From: the human T2T-CHM13v2.0 reference genome, Homo sapiens
Direction: 5' to 3' (one strand)
DNA length: 64,000 bases
Assembly (NCBI RefSeq): GCF_009914755.1
Contig: NC_060925.1
In this document: piece by piece, positions 1 through 18,800 of the stretch
Layout: each line of letters begins with the position of its first letter
How positions within the stretch are numbered: the first letter of the stretch is position 1
Notes under the pieces: model-generated
Database searches by the model: none
Told to the model about the DNA's origin: nothing
The model's input: the letters and a program-made list of their open reading frames with translations, nothing else
Program-made: the position numbers and the translations under genes

Positions 1-176
1 ATGGTACCATCATTTAGAGTTGTTCAAGGACTCCAAAACTGCTCTTCAACCCTCCTATTTCTCTCTGCCTCTACATCACCACCCAAATCCAGGCCCTATC
101 AGATCACACCAGGATTACCGTAACATTCTCCTAACAGGTCTCCCAAATCTACTCTTACTCCCTCCAATCCAAGTTC

Positions 177-471
177 TTTTTTATTTTTTTGAGACGGAGT
201 CTTGCTCTGTCACCCAAGCTGGAGTGCAGTGATGCAATCCTGAGTCACTGCAACCTCTGCTCCCGGGTTCAAACGATTCTCCTGCTTCAGTCTCCCAAAT
301 AGCTGGAATTACAGGTGCCCGCCACCAGGCCAGAGAAATTTTTGTATTTTTAGTAGAGATGGGGTTTCACTATGTTGGCCAGGCTGGTCTTGAACTCCCA
401 ACCTCAAGTGATCTGCCCGTGTGGGCCTCCCAAAGTGTTGGGATTACCGGCATGAGCCACTGCGCTTGGCC
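177..471 (-). mobile_element. Alu (S-type), inside an L2-like remnant
   Basis: Full reverse-complement Alu dimer; flanking duplication cctccaatcca. Confidence 0.93.
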
Positions 472-849
472 CCTCCAATCCATGTTCTAAAAGGTAGCCA
501 GAGACAGTCTTTTAAAACTCAAAAACTTCTTTAAAACTCATTTTCCTTTTTACAAACCTTTAATGATTTCTTTTTGTCCTATGACAGTATTGGAAAAATT
601 CTAACAGGCCAGTGTACCCCGATAAGAGGTTGTAGTGTTTCCTCAAGTTACGGTTTTGGGAGGCTGTCAGAAACCATGATAGACTGCTGGTTTGAATCAT
701 GTTTTACCAGGACTTGTTAAACTCCTGTGCTCCAAGTCTTTTGGCAGCTGATCCCGCATGCTCAAGAGCACCCCTGACAACGTGGACACTTGGAGGGTTC
801 TCACCATCCAAGAAGATGTCACATTACTTAGCCTTTAAAACCTGAGTGA

Positions 850-1192
<343 letters not shown>

Positions 1193-1289
1193 TTAGTCTC
1201 CAACCAGCACTATTTTATGGAGAGAGAATAGGAAACAAAGAATCTAGCTAGGGGAAGCGTGCAAAAACCTTTGGTTAAGACTAAGTTGT

Positions 1290-2010
<721 letters not shown>

Positions 2011-2969
2011 AAAGAAAAAACAGAACAGGCTGTGTGGCCCAACTGATTTATCACTACTCTTAGAAGGAAGCCCAATTTAAAATTGAACAGAATAAGGCCT
2101 GCAAGGCTCCCGTGACTTGGTCCCTGCCTACCTCTCTTAAACAAATAAATAAAATGTATACTATGTAGAAACAATAACAAAAAAAAGGCAGAGCAAGGTA
2201 TGGGGCAGTTCTGGTGCCAGAGGGTTTGTTATTTAAATAAAGTGGTCGGAAATCATGCGTCGCTGATAAGGTGACAACAGTCAGAAGCCTGAAAAAGTTA
2301 AGGGGTAAGCAATATAAATATTTAAGTGCTTCCTCATAACTTTGCTCACTCCACTCCAGCTAAATTTGCCACAATTTCTGTTTCCTCCATCTGAAATGCT
2401 CTCCCTCCTTATTCTTCCATTCTTCCTCTGGTTCACTTCTACTCCTGTAGTTCTTGGTAACAAACGGAACATTTGTGGAGTGAGGGGGGGGGATCCATTT
2501 CCTTCAAGGCGCAGTTTGGAGGTCACTTCCTCAGGGAAGCCTTCCCTTCTCTCTTTCCCTTTAAAGCTCCCAGTATAGCATCTTCCAGTACTTACTTGAA
2601 CCGTAATGGGTCATTTTTAACGTCTGATCCCCTTCAGACAAGCTCTGGCAGGCCCTTGACGTATCCCCAGCGACTAAGCACCACGTCTGGCACTTAATAG
2701 GGGGGTGGAATGGGAGTCCTGGATTCAAAGTTTGGCTCCAACACAAGACAACTGGACGCAAGAGGTGAGCCCACTGTGATTTCTGGGGAACCCAGGGAAG
2801 GGCTGCTTGATTGACTGACCGACCAGCAGTGAGATCTACAGGCTCTCTCAGAGCTGCGCCAGCGCCGAGTCCCCGGCCCCACATACTTAGAACCCCGTAA
2901 TGGGGCTCAAAATCACTGAACCTCGGGCTCCTAATCCCCAACGGCGCATTTCCAACCCCCAGGCCTGAC

Positions 2970-3026
2970 CTGCAGGTTCCGGGTGATAAGGTGCAGTTTC
3001 TCTTCAGGGCTGGGAGCGTCCCCCAT
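2970..3026 (-). CDS. YARS1: Tyrosyl-tRNA synthetase (cytoplasmic), coding exon 1; the rest of the gene continues beyond the left end of the window
   Basis: Minus strand reads ggagccATG GGG GAC GCT CCC AGC CCT GAA...CTG CAG|gtcagg = MGDAPSPEEKLHLITRNLQ, the N-terminus of human TyrRS; strong Kozak context, GT donor at 2969-2968. Confidence 0.96.
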
Positions 3027-3128
3027 GGCTCCGCTACCCCTGCTTCCCCCGCTCAGCCCGGCACCAGAGCCCCTTCCTGGGTCACCGTCGCCGCCGCGTG
3101 CCGGGAACTGTCACGCGAGTCCAGCCAG

Positions 3129-3137
3129 GTTGCATCA
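3129..3137 (-). promoter_or_regulatory. C/EBP-ATF response element (CARE/AARE) TGATGCAAC
   Basis: Exact TGATGxAAx match about 105 nt upstream of the YARS1 ATG; aminoacyl-tRNA synthetase genes are established ATF4 targets. Confidence 0.7.
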
Positions 3138-3434
3138 GCTGGGCTCGGCGCTCCGCTTACTCGGCCTGGACCCCTCCGGCAGCGGCCGGAAAAAGTGAGG
3201 AGCAGCAGAGAGTCGAGCAGGTCGATGAGACGGGAAAAGGTGGAGCCAGTGGGCACGGTGGGCGGTGCGGAGGGCGGGGCTGAGGCGCCTGAGCGGGGCA
3301 CAACCCTCCTAGAGGCGGGACGGTTTCCTGCCAATCACTGCTGGTTTGCCCTCCCCCTGGTGTTGGCCCGGCTGACTCGGGGTAGGGGAGGTCGGGGAGG
3401 GGGCGATAAAATGGCGCAGGGGGCGGAGTGAGGC

Positions 3435-3471
3435 GCAGTCGTTCGCCCAGGCTTTGGCCCGGCTTCCGGAG
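3435..3471 (+). other. S100PBP: Candidate non-coding first exon of S100PBP (5' boundary uncertain)
   Basis: Downstream of the YY1/GC-box cluster, ends at GGAG|GTGAAG; other possible donors exist at ~3195, ~3428 and ~3629. Confidence 0.35.
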
Positions 3472-5067
3472 GTGAAGAGCGGGAGGGACGAGGGGGTCGG
3501 CGTTACCCGGCTTGGAGGGGGATGGGGGCGCCTGTTGCTTCTCCAGGGGGTTGCGCACGCCGTCCGCCCCTTGGAGGGATTGGGAGGCCCACGCCCTGCT
3601 GCGAGAAGGGCGCGTTCTAGCTCCTGAGGTGATGGCGAGGGAATGTCCCTGCCCCTCCACCTCCAAGTCGGCGGGCGACAGATGCCCCTCACCCCGCTGA
3701 GGAAAAGGGAAGCTCCCTGGTCGTCTTGAGAGTCGGGGAGCGCCGTCTGCAGTCCCCTGCCCAGTGGGGGTGGGGGCCGCCTCTGTCCCGGCCGGCTCGG
3801 CGGGAGGCTGTTGCTGGCGGGAAGATAGCCGCGGGCTTTTCTGCCGCGTCTCGCGGGTGGGGGCAGGAAGAGGACGACCCATTCCCTGGGGAGATCTGAG
3901 GACGGTGGTCCCCGGGAGAGGAGCGCACAGCACAGGCCTGCTGAGGGGCGGGTTTGCCCCTACTGGGGGAGGGGCGGGGAGAAAACTCTCGCTTCTCCCG
4001 CTTTCCGCCGGGAGGCGGGAATTCGCGGTGTCCCCGGGGGAGGGAGACGCAAAGGCCCTTCCTGGAAGGCGACACCGTCCCGGGCCGTTGCATTTGTGAG
4101 AGAGAGCCAAGGCAGTATCCTCCAAAGGTTGGGCCTGGGCCACCCTTTCTCCGGCTCCTCAAGGGCTGGAGGCGGCGTCACCAGTTACTTCCAGGGCAAG
4201 AGGGAAAGCAGTTATTACCTCAGTGGGCCCTGGAAAGGTCCTAGAAGTGGTTGAATTGCCCACGGCCTGCCCTAACCTGATCTCCGGTGTTTTGTGTATT
4301 TATTAGGGACTCCAAGCTCTACCAGACCTGCCTGAAGTGTTTTAAAGCACATTTTCTTTTTGAAAAGAAACCTGTTGCTGCAGCTTAGCGCATCTGTTCT
4401 CTGTGTCCATGTGGGAGGAGAATCCTGGCACCCTCATCTAGTGAAATGTTACCTAAAGCAAAGATTTGCAGCCCTGGGTTGTTTTTTCCGTCCTGCAGTG
4501 TTTTTAGTTACTTCGAAGGAATTTGCAAAACTGTTACAGATAATTTCAGTTCTTTTTGATTTTTTGTAAATGTTGTGCCTATTTTTTATGGAGTGATAAA
4601 GCCTGCTGAGTGCGTTTCGTGCTGTGTGCTTCACATGTATTGCATTTGGGAAAGGTTGGAAATCAAAGGCCAGGGGGAGGTCTTGTCCACTGGAAATAAT
4701 CTCTGCTCTTGGCTGTACCTGTCAGACCCTGCTTGGTAATGGTCTTGACTTTAGAGCTTGAAAGAGGATGTGGGCTTGCATCTGGTGTTGCAGTTTTAGT
4801 GGCCTCAATAAAGTAAGGCTTTGTGCTCGAAGGCAGTAGGTTTTCTGAGGTGAGATAAAAATAGAAAGGGAACCAGTTTCTGAGGTTGCAACCAGGAGGT
4901 TCGAGAACAGAGAGGGGGTGGTAAACTGAAGTGTGAAGAAGGGGGTGGACAGGTGAGAGAGATGTGGAAGGACAGAATGGGGTCACAGAAAGGATGGGGT
5001 GTAGAGGAACTAAGAAATAGAATTAGAAGATCGGAAAAATATTCTTCCCTTAAAAATGAAGGGATAT

Positions 5068-7773
<2,706 letters not shown>

Positions 7774-8116
7774 TAAAATACACATAAGACATTATCAGCC
7801 AGTCACATTGTATGGACCTTACTTGGATACTGATTATTTTTTAGCCTTAAAAAAAAATATGACATAAGATAATTGGAAATCTGAACTGTATATTTTATGA
7901 TAAGGAATTCTTGTTATTTACAGATGAAATGATACAATGCCTGGGATTTGCTTCAAAACAATCTGGTAAAGGTGGGAAGTGGATGGGGCAAGATTAGCTA
8001 TGAGTTGATAGTCATTGGGGTTGAGTGATGGGTATGTGGTGGTTCATTATACTATTATGTTACTTATGTATATGTTTTACTTTCTTTATAATAAGTACTT
8101 TTGAAAATGAGGAAAT

Positions 8117-8425
8117 GGCCGGGCGCGGTGGCTCACGCCTGTAATCCCAGCACTTTGGGAGGCCGAGGCGGGCGGATCACCTGAGGTCAGGAGATCAAGA
8201 CCATCCTGGCTAACACTGTGAAACCCCGTCTCTACTAAAAATACAAAAATTAGCCGGGCGTGGTGGCGGGCGCCTGCAGTCCCAGCTACTCGGGAGGCTG
8301 AGTGAAGCAGGAGAATGGTGTGAACCCGGGAGGCAGACAGAGCTTGCAGTGAGCCGAGATCGCGCCACTGCACTCCAGTCTGGGCTACAGAGCTAGACTC
8401 CGTTTCAAAAAAAAAAAAAAAAAAA
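8117..8425 (+). mobile_element. Alu (young, Y/Sc-like)
   Basis: CpG-rich full dimer with poly(A). Confidence 0.93.
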
Positions 8426-9704
8426 GAGGAAGTAACATCAGACATCAGAAAGAGAATGGTTTGTACAAATTAAAATTATCTCCTCCTCTCTATATATACC
8501 ATATATATGGTATTGTTTTGTATACTTTTGTTCCCAGATCTATTGGAACATAAGAAGCTCAGAAAAGCCCATTTTTTTGCATCTGAATGTCATGTTGTGT
8601 AGGAATTGATTATTGCAATGGTTACGAAGGATATTGGTCCTATTAAGGTGGCTTAAAATATTTTTTCCAAGAGACCAAAAGCCCTCTTTGGTCTTTACTC
8701 TTGCACAGTTTGTTATAGATTGTACTGAATTTAGAAGGCCTGAGTTTGGATTCTAGCTCTGCCATTTGCTGACCAATCCTGTGCAAGTCTGTCACAGATG
8801 TAGTGGGAAAAACATTGCATTTGGAATTAGACCTGGGTTTCGATCCTTGTTCTAACATTATTAGCTATGTATACTCAGTTAAGTTACTTCATGCTTCTGA
8901 ACTTTAGTTTCCCAAGAGGGAAAAATCTATTGAACTCTCCATTTGGCCAACCAAGGGCTTGAACTAGACCTTTTGTAAGGAGTTAGAATGGGGGGCAATG
9001 GCCCAGAAAGGGCATCTAAGAAATGTAGCTGCTTAACCCCAGTGCCTGTGATAACCTGTGTCTGACAACCATAAATTTTCTTAAGTCAAAGAATGTTTTC
9101 CATACTAAACTTTTTTTTCTAACTGCTTCCTAAAGAAATGAATAACTCAGTCACTAATGCAGAGAAATTACTTTTCATAGAGGCAGCTGCTTCAACACCT
9201 AGAACTCTCAACAATTGCTGGAATATAGTATTGGTAAAATAAAATAAGTTTTAGCAGCTCTAGGTTTAAATACAACAAAATGATTTCTTTGATAAGATTA
9301 ATTTTACAGAATTGTGTTGAGAGGCTAAGTTAGAGTCGTAAAATGTGTCTCAGAGCACCTGGTTTATAATAGGTATTTAGTATTTCTTTTTCTCCCATTT
9401 CATTTCTAATATGAGTAAGTTTAACTAGGTCCCTTCTAATTCTAGAACTCTATAATCCCTCCCTTTGCTTCTCTTTCTCTAGTACTTTATTGTCCATACC
9501 ATTTTATATTATCTCATGTTGGTGTTTAATTTTCAGTGTTGTTTCTCTAGCAAGATTATACATTAAGATTATACATTACGTATTATACATTATGAGGGTA
9601 GGAGCTATACCTTGATTTGTTGGAAATCATAAAGAGACATATGCAGCTTGTGGTGTGTGATGATTGTAGCTCAAAAAATATCTTCTAAAAGAATGCATGA
9701 ACTA

Positions 9705-10009
9705 GGCTGGGTGCAGTGGCTCACGCCTATAATCCCAGCACTTTGGGAGGCCGAGGCAGGCGGATCACAAGGTCAGGAGATGGAGACCATCCTGGCTAAC
9801 ACAGTGAAACCCCATCTCTACTAAAAATACAACAAATTAGCCGGGCGTGGTGGCGGTCACCTGTAGTCCCAGCTACTCGGGAGGCTGAGGCAGGAGAATG
9901 GCGTGAACCTGGGAGGCGGAGCTTGCAGTGAGCCAAGATCGCAAGATCGTGCCACTGCACTCTAGCCTGGGCAACAGAGTGAGACTCCGTCTCAAAAAAA
10001 AAAAAAAAA
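9705..10009 (+). mobile_element. AluY
   Basis: Full dimer; TSD gaatgcatgaacta. Confidence 0.94.
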
Positions 10010-10351
10010 GGAATGCATGAACTAAAGTTAAAGCTCAGGGTGTGGTATGGAGGGTCATGGAGTAGGGGAAATTTTATAGTTAACAAGGCTACAAGTACTT
10101 TTCCAAATTTTTGAGTTCAGTATTTAAGCATTTCTTATACTTCTCAGATATGTGAAATACTAGCATTTTATCACCTTTCCCATCTGGAAAATAATTATAG
10201 ATTAGGTCTGTCATTAGCTGTTTAAAAACTAGGTTTTAATTATACAACTAACTAAATATTCAAGTAGAAAAGTAAAATGATACAAAGTCCAACCTTGACC
10301 TACCTTTATGGTCCCTGCGAGTTATAATAGTCATCAATTTTTGTTTGTATC

Positions 10352-10567
10352 TTTTTTTTTTTTCTTTTGAGACAGGGTCTTGCTCTGTCACCCTGGCTGT
10401 AGTGCAGCGATATGATGACTGCTCTCTGCAGCCTTGACCTCCCATCCTCAAGTGATCCTCTCACCTCAGCCCCATGAGTAGCTGGAACTATAGGCGTGTG
10501 CCACCATGCGCCGCTGATTTTTCTGTTTTTTTGTAGAGACAGCATTTCACGTTGTGCCCAGGCTTGT
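10352..10567 (-). mobile_element. Partial AluJ
   Basis: gagacagggtcttgctctgtc...ttgtgcccaggct. Confidence 0.85.
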
Positions 10568-11098
10568 GTTTGTATCTCTAATGACCTTTTTTTTTTTTTT
10601 GCATTTTTTCTATACATATATATATATATATAAAGATTTGTGTGTGTGTGATCATGATTAATTTTTAGATTTTTGGTGGAACCTTAGACATTGCCTAGCA
10701 CCCCTTTTCCATCCCTTTCCCATTTTGTAAATGAGGAAACAAGTCTAAATGGTCAAGTGGCATACCCAAGTTATTGGAGCTGGCTAGTGATACAACCAGG
10801 ACTACACCCCAGGTCTTTGGACTCCCATGCCAGTATTCATCCTACTAAAGTAGATGATAGTCTTAAGAAAGTACAAATTGTTGGGAGGAACAAAACTAGT
10901 TTGCTTAGTTGCATAATTTTTTTTTCTTTGAAGATTTCTTTGGTGTGCTTGACTCAGAAAATCCAACTTTCTGGTATTACAAAAAAAATCAAGATTAAAA
11001 TTAATACATCGAGCACCTTAAAGCATAATACAGTTGACTTTGTAATTAGCAGAGTTGAAAGTGATGAGAAGATCCTCTAATTTTCTTTTTGCCTGCAG

Positions 11099-11215
11099 GA
11101 AGGTGGGAGTCAATCATTTTGACAAGTCTCCTGAAAGGAACAGCTAGCAGGAACTGAAACCTTTTTCCATTTGGTCTCGTGGCAAAGGCAGAGATTGCTC
11201 CAGCAGCTCCACACA
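11099..11215 (+). other. S100PBP: S100PBP non-coding 5'UTR exon
   Basis: Branch-like ctctaat plus polypyrimidine tract ttttctttttgcctgcag| acceptor; ACA|gtatgg donor; non-repetitive sequence 670 nt upstream of the ATG exon. Confidence 0.7.
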
Positions 11216-11753
11216 GTATGGAAGACAGTTATTTACCTTCTTGTGTTCTCGAATTTTGTTTTATTTCAAAAGTAATACATTTTTGTTTTGTGTTAAAGTG
11301 TAAACTGAATATTCAGACATTTTACATAATATACATTTGTTTTGTTTGTATGTTGTAGATATCATTCCATGATAGTACATACAGATCTACTTCATTGTGT
11401 TTTTAAATAATTGAAAAGTACTCCATAGCACAAACATACCATGATTTACTGAACAGTTCTCTTGGTAATAGACATTTAGGTTGCCTCCAGGATTTGGCTA
11501 CTTTGAACATCCATGTATATATATATGAAGTTCTAGAAGTGAAATTGCTGGGTCAAATGGTATAGTCAAATTACTCTTCACAAAATATCGTACTGACTTA
11601 ACGCTTTTACTGATAGTGTGTGAATGCTCGTTTCTCCACATCCTCACCAATCCAGATTATCATGGCATCTTAATTATCACCATTTTGATAGGCAAAAGTA
11701 TCTCATTGTTCTAACGTGTATTTCCATGTTTCTGGTAAGGTTAAATATCTTAA

Positions 11754-12737
<984 letters not shown>

Positions 12738-13294
12738 TGAAGAGAAAAATGAAATTATTTTTATTCAGATGTATAGCAGAGTTTCCATATACCTGCTATC
12801 TCCACACATACACAACTTCCCCTGCTGTGGGCATCCTACACCACAGTGGTACATTTGTTATAATCTGGCAGAGCTTTGTATTCAGACAAATTGGGGTTTG
12901 AATCCTGACTAGCACTGTGACCCTGGGCTAATTATTTAGCCTCTATGTTTCCCCACATTTCTTATCTAAATTGGAGTAAATAATACTTCATAGTATAATA
13001 AGGATTAATGAAATAATGTATTTATATCACCTGGCACGTAATATTAAATTACCCTCTGTTGAATAATTACTAAGATGGTAATTCTGTTATTTTTCTTGTC
13101 TTTGGGCTTCAGCCTATGTCTCAATCTTTATTGCCATGCTATATATTAAGATACAGCACTAGCTCTGAATCAGCCATGAAAGAGCTGAAAAATCTTGGGC
13201 AATTTATCTAACCTTTTTGAGCCCGATTCCCTATCTGCCAAATGAGTGTAATAATCCCTGCCACGTAGGGTTTCTTTTTTTTTTCTTGAGATAG

Positions 13295-13669
<375 letters not shown>

Positions 13670-13739
13670 TAGGCTTTTGTAGCCTTTAGTTAAAAAATAT
13701 TTCCATAAATAGTGTTTTCAGTGCTTTTCTTATAACTAA

Positions 13740-13868
<129 letters not shown>

Positions 13869-14625
13869 TAATGTAAAGTATAATTAAATATTCTGATTTA
13901 TTTTGGTTCTCTTCAATTTCTTTCTTCCCCTCCCCAGTTTCCTCTTAGTGCAGGGAAAAAAATCCCTACTCCAGGAGTAAGCAAACTTGAAGTTCTAGCA
14001 CTACCAACTATGTGACTTTTGGCAAGTCAATTAATCTCTTACCTCAGTTTTTATGCATGAAATAAGGCTAATGATGCCTCCTCTGCTGCTTGACAGGGTT
14101 ATTTTGAAAGCAAAATAGACATATTAGCGAAAACACTACAAAGGTAAGATATCTTCTCCTGTGCATGGGGCAGCCTGGTCACATATATGATAAGAGGTTA
14201 GAATAATTTTAACGAAAATGTTAAAATACAAGTAGTAGAAAATCATTTTGTTGTCCCTCCCAACTTGCATACAACTACCCTTGCGGAAAAATTCCAGTAG
14301 GGGTTGCAAATTTGCGTCATCTTTTCAATTTATTCTCTGGTTGCCAGGAGATGGCAGTATCTTTACATGGTCCTTTTAAATTGAATCTACTAGAAAAAGC
14401 TTTTTTTAAAATGTTGGATCAGATTAGCTTCCTTACAGTGAGATTTAAAAAAATTCTTTTGATTATACATTTATTACATTAATTTTGCTTAAAAAATTTA
14501 ATTAGGCCGGGCGCGGTGGCTCACACCTGTAATCCCAGCACTTTGGGAGGCTGAGGTGGGCCAATTGCTAGAACTCAGGAGTTCAGTACCAATCTGCGCA
14601 ACATGGCAAGACGCCACCTCTACTA

Positions 14626-14865
<240 letters not shown>

Positions 14866-15710
14866 TTATTTTGTTTGCATAATTGAGAGAAACCTTGTGA
14901 ATTGCTTACAATGTAAGTGATAATCAAAAGCTCACAACTCAGGCTACTTGGGACAGTAATAAATTTGCAATCTCAATATTCTCATCCACTGATTCTTAGT
15001 ACAGTCAGTCAGTATGAGTATGGGCCAGAAATTGCTCTCACCAAGGTCACCATTGCTCTGATGGCCAGATCTAGTGATTCTTTTCAGTCTTTATCCCATT
15101 TAACTTTTCAGTTTCACTCTAGAAAGCTATTTTCTGACTAACCTTGAATTACTCAATAAATACTTTCTCTAGGGACTAGTAATCTTCACCTTTCTATTCC
15201 TTGTTAGCAGGAGGTTGTATCTATTTCCTTCTCTTCGTCTTTTTTTAAATTATTTGATTTTTTTAGAGACAGGGTCTCACTCTGTGGCCCAAGCTGGAAT
15301 ACAGTGGTGTGATCATAGCTCACAGCAGCCTTGAACTCGTGGACTCAAGTCATCCTCCCTCCTCAGCCTCCTGAGTAGCTAGGACTACAGGCACATGCAG
15401 CCATGTCCAGCTAATTTTTTAAAAAAATTTCTTGGGTCTCACTGTGTTGCCCTGACTGGTCTCAAATTCCTAGCCTCAAGCAGTCCTCCTGCCTGATACT
15501 CCCAGAGTGCTGGGATTACAGGTGTGAGCCACCACACCCAGCTTCTCTTCTTTTTCTCTTGATTCCATACTCCATTTTAGTTTTTTTTGTGTATGACTAA
15601 TACTGTCCTCTGCCTCTCGATCATAAAGATAATTTTGCCTCTGAAACTTAGTTCTAATCAATCAGCAGTATATCACTTCTCTCTACAAAACGCTATATTC
15701 CTGTTTCTAA

Positions 15711-15893
<183 letters not shown>

Positions 15894-18800
15894 TGACTTT
15901 CTCTTTCCGGTGTAACAGCTTAAACTGGGAGATTGTTTAGAATTTTCTTAAATTCTTGAGAAAGATAACTTCCTTACTTAAAAGATTTTCACTTAAAAGG
16001 ATTGCCTAACCAGATAATTCTCGAAGTGGTTTGGTTAACCAGTTTTAGAGAGGGATCTAAGCACGTTTACAACAGTACATGAAAGGTGCCTCCCTCATGG
16101 TTGAGGGCTTTAACCCAGACCGGTACATTTTTGCTAGGGATTTTTTTGTCTGAAAAATAACGGAAGTGGATGACCAGGTGCTGCTTACTAATCAGTGGTT
16201 TTTAAAATTTGAAATGTTTTATTTCTCCTGTTACCTTCAGCATTTAAAAGCAGGCATTTCAAACACCATTCTGCATTTTGGCTTCTGAATAAAAGCTCTT
16301 GAAAGGTTTGGCTACCTTCCAGATCCTTCAAGTTGTGTTCTCCCCACTTCATTAGAAGATATTGCAAACCAAAGTGACTAGATTCTTTCTCCAGCTCTCA
16401 AGAGAGTACAGTCCATGTTATCATTCAGCCTGAACTATTGGCTGATGGGAAAGCTCCTAAAGGGGAGACTTACGGGAAGAACTGAAGGTGAAGAGGTTAG
16501 AGAGGTTTTATACTGATAAAAGAATCACTTATTAAAAAGATCACTCCAGGCTAGGCATGGTGGCTCATGCCTGTAATCTCAGCACTTTTGGAGGCAGAGG
16601 CAGGCAGGTCATTTGAGGCCAGGAGTTTAAGACCAGCCTGGCCAGCATGGCAAAACCCCATCTCTACTAAAACTATAAAAATTAGCCGGATCATATTCTT
16701 TTGGGAAAAAAAAAATTAGCCAGGCGTGGTGGCACATGCCTATAATCCTAGCTACTCAGGTGGCTGAGGCACAACAATCACTTGAACCCGGGAGGCAGAG
16801 GTTGCAGTGAGCCAAGATCATGCCGTCGCACTTTAACATGGGTGACAGAATGAGACTCTGTCTCAAAAAAAAAAAAAAATCACTCCATATTCTGTCATCT
16901 TCATTCATTCAGCAAACTTTCTCGAGTATTTCAGTCGTGGTAGTTTTGAAGATAAGGAATTGGAAATGGAAATGTAAAGAGGAGTAAGATAGGGTCTTGG
17001 CCCTCTGGGAATTCATAGCCTAGAGAAGAAGATAATTATACTGCAGTATTGATTAGAGTTCTAATAGAATTACATATAAAGTACAGTAGGAGCAGGGAAG
17101 GAGCCCTTCTGCTTGTGTTTGGGAAAAGTGGAAGATGGGGAAGGAGGATGCCCTAGGTGAGCTCCACAGAGAAGATAATTAGTTTAATTACTCTAAGATC
17201 TATTGTAAATCACTGGGGAGGGTTTTAGGAGAATTTTTGGTCCTTTTGCAGAGGAGACTCTTCTTTCTTTTGACAAATCTTGAATTATGTAGTAGTTTTT
17301 CTTGTTTGTTTTATAAGATTATGATGAGACATCAGTCAGAAGAATTTTTTATCCCGTATCCTTTTATTTTTCACTGAATATTTCATAAGCAACCAAATAT
17401 TACTTACACTGATTTCTTAGCCCTCTGCTTGTGAGATCCCTTTGCTAGAACTATTTTAGGTCTGATAGAAGTAGAGAAACCTCTCCTCTCCACCTCTCCC
17501 CCCATCATTGGAGGGGCAAATTTAAAAGAAACCTGTCTATATTCAAGCTCTGTGGAACAGGCCTAGTCATGTCATTGCTTTTCCCTCTGTGAGCTGACTC
17601 CTTTTTTTATATCCTAGGCAGTTGACACTGATGATATCCAGTTATGTTTTCTCTCATTTGGAGCATTTAAATAAAATTTCCCAAGAAAAGCAAAGAGCAG
17701 CTGTTCACACTATAACATCATTTTCAATCTTTTCCCCATTCAGCAGTTCCTTTCCCAGTATTACCACAACAATCTATATCCCATGAAGAATAGCTAGAAT
17801 AACTATAGTGAATAGGCAGCATACTTTAGTGGTTGAGAGAGTAAAGTCTAGTCTAGAGTTAACATCTGGGTTCACATCTTGGCACCACTGCTTACTGGCT
17901 GGGTGAGCCATTAAATATTGATTTGTAAAATTGGGATAATGACAAGGCTTAACTTACATGAAAATTATACGGGTATAAAGCATAGAACAGTACCTAGCTC
18001 TAGTAACTAACATTTATTGAATAGTTGCTGTTACCAGCAAGAAAGGATATTTTTTCATACTGAAGTTTTTTTTTTAGGTAAAATAGCGTTATATCTAGTG
18101 TTTGTTTTTAAATCACAGCCAAAAAATACTGGAAACAGCTTTGATAAAATGTTGATAAATGAAGGTGAGTGGTGAGTACACTTTCTACTTTTGTGTATAT
18201 TTGACAATTTCCATAATTAAAAAGTTGTTTTTTAAGCACGTCTTTTAGGGCATTCATTTTTTTCAGCATTACAAATTACTCTAAAAATTTCACAGACCTC
18301 TGGCACTTCCTTCTGCCTTCCAGGAACCCAGTATAATATGAAGTTTTTCTATCACTTCCCATTGCCCAGTATTCCTACATCCAAAATCATAAGATTTGTA
18401 TATACCTTATTGCAAGGGCGGGGGTGGTATGTTCTTCACCTTTCCTCCATTTGTATGTGAATTATAGTGCAGCCAGAAGCACAAAAGGGGAGCGTAGTAC
18501 TTCTTGTCCTCCTTCCTTTTGAGATGTTTATTGCATTTAACCTTGAAAAAGTGTAATTCTTCAGGTTATCAGACACAGAGAAATTAGTAAGGAGTAGATT
18601 CAAATGTAGTTCTTGCCAGTTCAGTTTGAATCCTCTCCATTGGGTTAGTTATCTCTTTTCACTTTATCAATAATGTATATATTATTGATGTAGAATGTAA
18701 CAAAGTAAATCATCCTTCAACTCCATTATTCTAATGTAAGTATAATCTCTTTAGTTTAGTGCCCCATGGGTTTTTTTTTTATAATAACACTTAAAAAGAA

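Larger units (their letters stand above)
2800..4200. promoter_or_regulatory. CpG island / bidirectional promoter shared by YARS1 and S100PBP
   Basis: Very GC- and CpG-rich; GC boxes (GGGCGG), YY1-like AAAATGGCG ~3408-3416, ETS-like CTTCCGG 3463-3469, NRF1-like TGCGCACGC ~3552; head-to-head gene arrangement. Confidence 0.9.

Noticed and set aside
3157-4143. 328-aa minus-strand ORF and other overlapping ORFs in the CpG island
   Set aside because: Pro/Arg/Gly/Ala-rich, no recognisable domain, open in several frames: expected stop-codon scarcity in GC-rich DNA
9553-9592. Short tandem repeat of attatacatta (three copies); also cctacactata twice at ~20340 and an 18-bp palindrome at 8496-8513
   Set aside because: Ordinary slippage products within decayed repeats, with no supporting context
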